A DNA stretch of 64,000 nt from Auanema rhodensis (taxonomy: Eukaryota; Animalia; Nematoda), in assembly GCA_964057225.1 (NCBI GenBank), contig OZ059894.1:14880001-14944000 (forward strand), written 5' to 3'. How positions within the stretch are numbered: position 1 is the stretch's first letter; each line of letters begins with the position of its first letter. The position numbers and the translations under genes are program-made. Below the pieces are notes generated by a model. It did no database searches. It was not told the DNA's origin and saw only the letters and a list, made by a program, of their open reading frames with translations. This document shows positions 54,031 through 64,000 of the stretch, in pieces.

Positions 54031-54419
54031 ATGAGGATTTTAAGTTTTCTAGTTCTGCTAATATCCCCACTGACTGTTTCTTCAATTATTTATTACGGAG
54101 GTATGCAAAATTGTGATTAACTTAATTAACTTTGAAATATTTTTTATTTTTTCAGGATATGGAGGAGAGGTATAGCTGTTTTTTCATGTCATAATTCAGT
54201 TTGATTTCATACTTCTTCAAATTTTATTTTATTATTTCTTTTTTTCAGCAATATTATACGCCTCATTACTCTACTTACACATCATATCCTACTTATTATC
54301 CTACTTATTCATATCCTTCCTATTCCTATTATTCCCCTGGTCTTGGAACAGGATCATACTGGGCAGCAGGTGGTGGCTTAGTCGGAAATGTTGCTTCATT
54401 TCTTATTGGAAAAAAATAA
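54031..54419 (+). CDS. Secreted Tyr/Ser/Gly-rich peptide with caenacin-like C-terminus and amidation signal (84 aa)
   Basis: Exons 54031-54100, 54156-54169 (14-nt microexon), 54249-54419: MRILSFLVLLISPLTVSS-IIYYGGYGGEQYY...GGGLVGNVASFLIGKK*. TTTCAG 10 nt before ATG. Confidence 0.87.
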
Positions 54420-54486
54420 GAAAACTTAATTTTATTTTCATAAGAATTTTATTTTATATAAAATAATAAATGTATATTATGTTTGA

Positions 54487-56418
54487 TTAGCATTCTCCAC
54501 GATTATGATATACAAATTTGCTATTATTCAACCCACCATCAATAAGAGGGCTTAATGACAAGGCGCACATCTCTTTATCTCTGAAAAAATTGTATATAAA
54601 TGTATTCGAAATCAAATGTTTTTTTTTGTTTTTTTTTTCATTTTTTTAAGAAATTATTTCTTCTAAGGGTCTCATTTAATATATATAATGAACTTACGAA
54701 TCAAATGCAATAGATTGACACTTTTTGCCACGAAGACATCTCCAGCATAATCTACAAATATCCGTACACTGTTCAAGAGAATATGCTTTGCTTATTCTAG
54801 CTTCAATGAATTGTTCAACTGGTTTTACTTCCCTCAAAACAGACAAGGATAACGAAAAATACTATTCAGATTGATTTCGCTTACGTGAAACATGTACGAA
54901 CACGTTCATCCTTCAACCGTCTATTATAACTGGAACTCTTTGAATTCATTACAGCTGCTACAGGTGCTGATGTCACTGATGTAGTTTCCATAGCATATGA
55001 ATCAACAATCTAAATTATTTCAAGAAATATCAATGAACCGGTCAGTAAAATGGCAAACCTTTGGATCTATTGTTGGAACATTTTTTGGTGTGCTTGATAG
55101 CACAGATTCTTCAGTTTTATGATTGGTAATATCACTTGATGGAGAATCATAGCCAGATTCTTCTACTGTAGCTAGCTGTAATTAATATGTTTGGCTACAA
55201 ATCATACGTAGAATGCATTTCCAGAAAAAAAATGAACATTGCGAATTCTTTCCACTAATTGTTTCATTTTGCAAGTTTGAACATGCGAGATCGGTTGTAT
55301 TTTCAATGTTTAAAAATAGAATTGTTGACCATCATTGCAGTGCAATGTTATTCTTTCTGAGAATAGATTATAGTAAACTCACAACATTCTCTTTAGATGT
55401 CTTTGAAGGAACAGTTGTCAGAATGTTTTCTAACGAAATATTTGAACGATCTTGTTTCTTCTGTCAACAAATTTCATTAAAAATCGAATAGTTTCTATAC
55501 CAGACTTACATTTTCACCAGAAGATTGCGAATTCACTGTTGTCTTTTTTTTACTTTTGTTAATCTAAAAAGTAATTAAAATCTTCCTTATACTCGGTAAC
55601 ATACTTCAACTTTTTTAATTTCATCTTGTCTTTCCGGTTTCGGTGCTAAACAAATATTTTCAATATAGATAGCATTATCATCATCAATAAACAAATCGGG
55701 AATATCATGACGTGATTGAGATGCCAAAATGCATTCCTGCAAAAAAAATATTAAACGAATATATTAATTCATATTCTAAGACCTTTTCTTTCTCATAAAA
55801 AGCAGCACTTTTACATACTACTTCGTATCGTTCTTGGCTTTTCTGACAAGCTTTCTGGCACAAATCAATGCTTTCAATATCCTGAATAAGTTGATCAACT
55901 ATTCCAATAAGGATCTAAAAGAAAAACTTTAATCTTCTACCATTTCTCTCCAGAAATGATTACTTTTCCTTTAATCATCTCATAGCAATTATCTTTAAAA
56001 AGGCTTTCGTCCCTTAGTATTGCTACACTGGGTTTATCTAAAATCTCATATACATAAATATCTGAAGATTTTTCTAGTATTACCATAACAAAACCTCTCA
56101 TAATAACTAGTATCTCCTTGAGCAATCTCCAAAGTTCCTCCCCCGCTCCTATCTTTACTATTCAATTGGCAAAGTCCATTTTTAACAGAGTAGGAAAAGG
56201 ATCTACCATACTGAGAAAATGAAAACTTGAATAGGGACATACCTGCATCTTTCTTTTTCTAATTCGAGACAAGCTGTTCTACATTGAACAATACTAAATT
56301 CGTCGAAAATCAAAATAGAGCTTCCTCTTAAGATACGACCAGGTAACTCATTGAAGCATTCCGGTATACCATAAATGGTATAAAATTGCAGCAATATAAG
56401 AAAAACTATGCGAACCAT
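54487..56418 (-). CDS. Secreted protein with three PAN/Apple domains
   Basis: Signal peptide MVRIVFLILLQFYTIYG. PAN patterns CF...QCRTAC...CRSFSY....CQLN...YYERFC; CY...LCQKAC...CKSAAFY...ECILASQSR...YIENIC; EQCTDIC...CQSIAFD...MCALS. TAA 54487-54489. Confidence 0.88.
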
Positions 56419-57015
56419 CACTTGAAAGAAATATAGTAAGCATATCTAATTACTCAAAAAACCGCATAAACTATTCAAAAGAAAAAACGTTAGACAGACA
56501 GATTTGATGAGACGACGTTACCATGTCTGAACTACGCTATGAATCCATGAAAAAAGGATCGGGATGTTTTGAAGCATCGGCAAATAGCCTTATAAGAGGT
56601 ACTACAACAGTTGCAGTTGTCCGGATTATAATTGTCTATGTAAACAGAAACATGAATAGACCACGTTGAAGGTCGTAACTATTGTATCTGAATACAAGCT
56701 CAGATATTTTTTTCTTCTTCTTTGAATTTCTTCAGATGTGAATAATCAGTTTCTTTTGCTAGAAACTGAAGTTATGAAAAGCATTGAATTTCAACATGTT
56801 CTTGACCTTCCCTTATAATTGTAATTGCATATGAGTCACAAAGGTTTGTATGGGCTTTCAGAAACATAATTATCTTCCAGTTTTATTCATTTTCTATCCG
56901 TACATATATTTTACAATCTAAACTACTATAAAACCAACAGTGAACTCTAGAGAGCTACAGAAGGACACATGTTCTTAATTAAAAAATACATGTTAGATAT
57001 AGTACCCTAAGTTTT

Positions 57016-59876
57016 CTAAGCATGAGCATGCTGAGCAGGCACCTCATTGTATGGATCCTCCTATAAATAAAGTTTTCATGAAAATACCGGTACTTCGTTG
57101 TACTTACCTTTGCTCTCAAGGCAGCTTTACGTGCTTGAGCCATACTAGATGAGTTACGGGTAACTACGTTTGTGATATAAAAATCTGCTAATTCTTTTTG
57201 AAGGGGAACAACTGGGGTATCAACAGAGCCGGTTTGGGATAACTCAACAGCTTGCTTGAAATAACCTGGCTCCTCGACTTCATTAAATCTAACGAGATGG
57301 GGAGCAATCTAACAAATATACAATATACAAAACGTTTTCACATATGGATAATCATACCTCTGTCATTCTCATTCTAAGGTCCTTGAGAGAATCGTATGGC
57401 AAACTCTTTCCAGAAACTTCAGAGATAGCACGGATGATCTTCCAGTCAACACGAGCATCTCCAGGTGGAGAAACAGCTGGGAGAGTTCTATAGCTGCAGA
57501 TTAGGAAACAAAGTTGACAAAGACTCGTTTACCTTTGAGCACGTCCTTCAGTGTTAACATATGTTCCTTCTTTTTCGGTGTAAGCAGCTCCAGGAAGAAT
57601 AACATCAGCCATTTCAGCTCCAGCATCTCCGTGATGTCCTTGATACACAACGAATGCTCCGGGATCGAGGTTGCTTCGGGAAATTTTTCCTTCGTCCGCT
57701 CCTAACAAATACAACAACTTGATGGGCTTCTTGCGGAGAGCAGCAGTTCCAGCCTACATTACACAATTACGAAAGATGTTACGAATATGATTTTTACTTG
57801 ATAGCCAATATCAAGAGCACCAACTTGACCAGCCCATTGATGTAAAACGTTTACAACCTTGGTGGAAGCATTCATGCGGACCTTGCTACCCTAAAATTCC
57901 CGTTGATAAAGAACAAAAAAATGTTTGAAAAAGCTTACTAATTGTTGAACAGCAGCGAGAATAGCAGAACCCTTCTCTCCTTGAAGAACAGAAGATCCTA
58001 CAATAATCATAGGATTCTTAGCAGCAAGGAATTTCTGAAAAAAAATTTAAATTACAATAATAATATTAAAAACAAAAATACCTTTGCGAATTCGGAGCTT
58101 CCGGAAGCAACATCAGCAAGAGACTTGGCGTTGTCCCCAAGGAATTCATAATCGTAAGTAAGATCGGATTTACCTCCGATAACTCCTACTTCGATATCGG
58201 AATAAAGATAACTAAACAAATAAATAAATTGCTTGCTTGCGGAAAGTTAATACTCACGCTTTGCGAATACGAGCGTTCAAAACTGGAGCTTCGAAACGAG
58301 GGTTAGTTCCAACAAGCAGTAAAGCATCACAATCCTCAATTCCAGCAATACCGTCATTCATGACGTAGTTAGATCTGAGAAACAAGAATAAGCAAACAGT
58401 ACGGAAAATATATTGATATACTAACCTAAGATCTGTTCCTCCAGATCCAGCTGGGAACTCTTCTTCGGTACAGAGATTTTCACTGTTGAACTTATTGAAA
58501 AGATCTTTAAGGGCAACCATAGCCTCTGAATCGGAAATTAGCTAAATTTACTTGATGCAAAACATACCAACATCAGTTAAGCCTCCAACTACAGCTGCTT
58601 TAAGCTCAGCAGGAGTTTCTCTGAACTTCTTAGAAACAGTGAATAAAGCTTCTTCCCATGAAGCTGGCCTAAATTAAAATATTATAAAACTGATTTTCTC
58701 ATTGAACTCACTTCAAAGTTCCATCAGAACCCTTAATCATTGGTGTAAGAAGACGTTGAGTCTTGAGACCATCGATAGCGAATCTAGTACGATCAGAAAT
58801 CCATTCTTCATTGATGTTCTGAAAATCAATAATTAATAAATGATTAATCTTGCAACAAACATCATTCATCTTAGGGATAACACGAAGAAGCTCTCCGGTA
58901 CGGTGGGAAAGAACAATATTGGATCCAGTGGCATCCATAACATCAACACTTTCGGTTTTACGAGTTTCCCATGGACGAGCAGTGAATCTGAACTTTGTTT
59001 TGTATTTTAAAAAAGCATTAGTCTTCTAATATTACGCATATTGCTTGCTAGTAAGGGCTCCTACAGGGCAGATATCGATGATGTTTCCAGAGAGTTCAGA
59101 GGCGAAAAATTTCTCAACATATGTTCCGATTTGAAGATCTACTCCTCTTCCGGTAGTTCCAAAATCAGGGAAAGCAGCAACTTCGTTGGCAAATCTTACA
59201 CAACGAGTACATTGAATGCAACGAGTCATAACAGTCTTAACAAGAGGTCCAATATTCTTGTCTTCGACAGCTCTCAAAACAATAATGTAATTATAAAATC
59301 TTTGAAAGATACGCATTACCTCTTTCCGTCATGACCACATTGAAGACGTCCCCGATCACTTCCGAAAGCAACAGATTGATCTTGTAAATCACATTCACCT
59401 CCTTGATCACAAATTGGGCAGTCAAGAGGATGGTTGTTAAGTAAAAATTCCATAACTCCTTCGCGAGCCTTACGTACAAAATCAGAGTTGGTCTTAACTT
59501 TCATTCCCTTCATTACTGGCATAGCGCAAGAAGCGACAGGCTAAAAAAATATTAGACAGGATTTAGGTATAAAGCCAACCTTAACACTCTTTTCAACTTC
59601 AACCAAGCACATACGGCAGTTACCAGCAATAGAGAGACGATCATGATAACAGAAACGAGGAATATCTACACCAACAAGAGCACAAGCCTAAAATACGTAA
59701 TTCAACAAAGAAAAAAAACAGGAACAAACCTGGAGAATAGTGAGTCCGGGATCAACCAAAACTTTCTTGTCGTCGATGAAAACTTCGATCTTCTCTGGAG
59801 CTGCATTGGATTGGGCACGGGCTCCAATGCGACTCCTACGAGTAGCACGGGCCAAAGTGGACCCAATTCGCTGCAT
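57016..59876 (-). CDS. nuo-5: NADH:ubiquinone oxidoreductase 75 kDa Fe-S subunit (NDUFS1)
   Basis: Arg-rich mitochondrial presequence; [87 protein letters not shown] 57016-57018. Confidence 0.98.
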
Positions 59877-60136
59877 TCTGAACCCAAACTAAAACAATGT
59901 ATACATATATAATAGAACAATATACATATACTTGAAAAAAAGGAAGAAATATCAAACTTTTCAAACATTTCTATCTTGATTCCAGAAAGAAAAATAACAA
60001 ATAATAATTTGTAAAATGAGTTTTCACTCAATTCGTTTTTACACAAGCTAACAAAATGCTCGAGATGAATATATTAGTTATTTTCATTTTTATAAATTAC
60101 AAAATCTCAGCTATAATTACAAAAGTTAACATTTGC

Positions 60137-60428
60137 AACTATGACTTGCTTTACGCACGGACCAAGAAGCATTTTAAACTTGAACTATATCATTCTACAT
60201 TAAAAAATATGAACGTATATATTATTTTATACAGTTAATTTTGATTTTTACATAATTCTTAATTTTAATAATACATTAAAAATTGTTTCTTAAGTTATAA
60301 ACCTTGTAAGCAGCACAGCGCCGTTATATGTGAATTTCACCGACAAATCTCACTTGAGAGAGGGCAATCCGTTCGGGACCAATATTATACAGCTCTCTCG
60401 TTCATATTTAAGAGAAGTGGAATTTCAT
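60137..60428 (-). repeat. Diverged duplicated non-coding element, copy A (between ZFPL1 3' end and nuo-5)
   Basis: Aligns in direct orientation to 62474-62759; shared blocks include TTTATACAGTTAATTTT, AATACATTAAAAAT, TCACC.ACAAATC, GGGCAATC.GTTC.GGACCAATATT. Confidence 0.88.
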
Positions 60429-60653
60429 ATTCATCTTTTCATACAAGTATAAATATATTATTTCATTATTACGTTTTTGTGTTCTGTGATAATTCTTTTT
60501 CAAATAAATATATAACATTTGTCACGGCACTTCGGAAATTATTTAATATAATAATACTTCACAGCCAATTACCCAGGTTTGTACAGCAGAAAGTTATCAC
60601 AGATAATATTGTCATAAATCATAAATATTATAAGCAAAAAAGTTGTCGAAAGA

Positions 60654-62448
<1,795 letters not shown>

Positions 62449-62473
62449 CTATAATTATAAATTTAATAATAGA

Positions 62474-62759
62474 AACTATAACCATTTATGCATTTAAGTG
62501 AGAGGCATTTTTAAATGTATTTATCTTATTTTATGAAATAACACAGGCGTATATGTTAGTTTATACAGTTAATTTTTATTTTTACATAACTTTTAATTCT
62601 AACAATACATTAAAAATCGTTTCTCAGGCTTTAAGCCCTGTAGACACAACGTTGATGTTTGAGAAACTCACCAACAAATCAGCCTTCAGCGTGGGCAATC
62701 GGTTCAGGACCAATATTCTCCAACCCCCTCATTTAGATTTAAGGAAAATTGAGTTTCAT
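62474..62759 (-). repeat. Diverged duplicated non-coding element, copy B (immediately upstream of ZFPL1)
   Basis: Direct-repeat partner of 60137-60428; similarity is strongest over 62548-62759 and weaker to within ~25 bp of the ZFPL1 start. Confidence 0.88.
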
Positions 62760-63505
62760 TATTACTCATATCTATTACGACTCTTATTCATGCAGCTTTA
62801 TTATATGTATATATTTTAAAATATTGCTTTAATATAAAAATATTATATACTTTCGTTTTTTAAATAATCATCCTAATATTCATATAAAAAAAACATTGAA
62901 ATAGCTTCAAAATATATTTTGTTTATTAATTTGTATGCTGGAACAATCCTAACAATATAATTTGTGAATTTTTAAAATTTTCCTTTCTATTGGCGGTTGG
63001 ATGTGAAAGTGATTATGGCATATTTGAAAACGGCTATCGCAAGGTCATCTTTATCCTGTCTTTATTTCACTTGTTTATTCCTTCAATTTTCTGGTTTAAA
63101 ATTTATTATAAACCTGCCATAATGAATTTTTCTTCTCTTATTATGCAATTCCTCCAGTATATGTGGGCTAATATAGACAGGCCACAAAGCAGCTTCCCGG
63201 ATCAGATAAGTGAACGACTCGTTTTCTGTCGCGCAATAGTGCGGTGCAAACATCTGATTGCGTGAACCAGCCTGCTGCCTGAGGCGATGTTTCTGCTACG
63301 CTTCTACCTTTATTGACATTTTGACACTGCCTACCAGTCTTAGCTCAGATTGACGTGTTCTTGTGTGAACTCTCTCTGACTCTTGTAAAATCTTACTATT
63401 CGCTTAATTCAATTTCATCGCTTGAAAAACTTGCCTTTGCGCCAACCATACTTAGTAAGTTCATTTAATTCTTGGATTGTTGTTCAATATCATCATATAG
63501 GATTG

Positions 63506-63595
63506 ATGCTTCCTGATAAAGATCCTCCGTTACCTAATAACCGTCCTGGTATTCGAAATTTTCGACTTCCTCAGAGTAGTCCGCCTGCTATACAG
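63506..63595 (+). CDS. Probable first coding exon of a divergently transcribed gene that continues beyond the window
   Basis: Acceptor catatag at 63500, ATG 63506, MLPDKDPPLPNNRPGIRNFRLPQSSPPAIQ, donor CAG|GTAGT. A second candidate exon at 63769-63813 ends AG|GTAAGT. No recognisable domain. Confidence 0.4.
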
Positions 63596-64000
63596 GTAGT
63601 GTACTATACAAAACGCTTCTCTTGTATCATTTTCACTATCTAACGCCACAATAGTTTTCTTGTGTATTCTCAAATCGTTTATATATCTGTTACATTTTTC
63701 TTCGATTGGCTTAATGCTAACTGTTTGTCTTTCTCAATTTCTGGTTGACTTTCCCCCCTATTATTCAGTGAAATGTCAGATCGGAAAAGAAGTCACGGAC
63801 GGTGGAATAATAGGTAAGTTTGTTACCAAAAATTTTTTGATATTGCTCTCTCAGTGTCAAGCAAAAATGTGTTGAAGCTGGTCTTTCGGGCTTGTTTATT
63901 ACTTGTGATGGCCAAGAAAAACAGTCTATTGCCGAGGCTTACAATCTAATTGATTCTATCTTGGATAATCAGCCATGTTCGGTTTCTTATTCTTTTACCA

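Noticed and set aside
62626-62640. GGC-TTTAA-GCC as a programmed DNA elimination breakage motif
   Set aside because: Spacing does not fit my recollection of the Oscheius motif, copy A lacks it, and no telomeric TTAGGC array is present.
62553-62819. 88-aa plus-strand ORF over the duplicated element
   Set aside because: Copy A has an in-frame stop and mostly non-synonymous differences, so it is not coding.

Overview
AT-rich eukaryotic genomic DNA from a rhabditid (clade V) nematode, judged by 40-55 bp GT-AG introns, TTTCAG acceptors just before start codons (trans-splice-like) and close C. elegans orthologues. It is not prokaryotic: no rRNA, tRNA or CRISPR is visible, and most of the ORF track is spurious because genes are intron-split. 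Gene models below were spliced by hand. Left to right: a C1GALT1-like GT31 galactosyltransferase (+); fos-1 (-) with two clear alternative first exons, a possible third distal one and a ~20 kb gene-free upstream region rich in CRE, AP-1 and AP-2 motifs; four small, related, uncharacterised single-pass membrane genes (heptad-repeat N-terminus, N-glycosylation sequon, TM); a GGY-repeat prepropeptide and a caenacin-like amidated peptide; a CC-domain secreted protein; an srx-like GPCR with an intronic Tc1/mariner-type MITE; a three-PAN/Apple-domain protein; nuo-5 (NDUFS1); a ZFPL1 homologue; and the probable start of a divergent gene. The two most striking unexplained observations are (1) a ~290 bp diverged element present upstream of both ZFPL1 and nuo-5 whose hairpins show compensatory changes and minus-strand G-U wobbles, and (2) the four-gene MS[VL]D coiled-coil membrane protein family. 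No database searches were run; orthology calls rest on recalled motifs.
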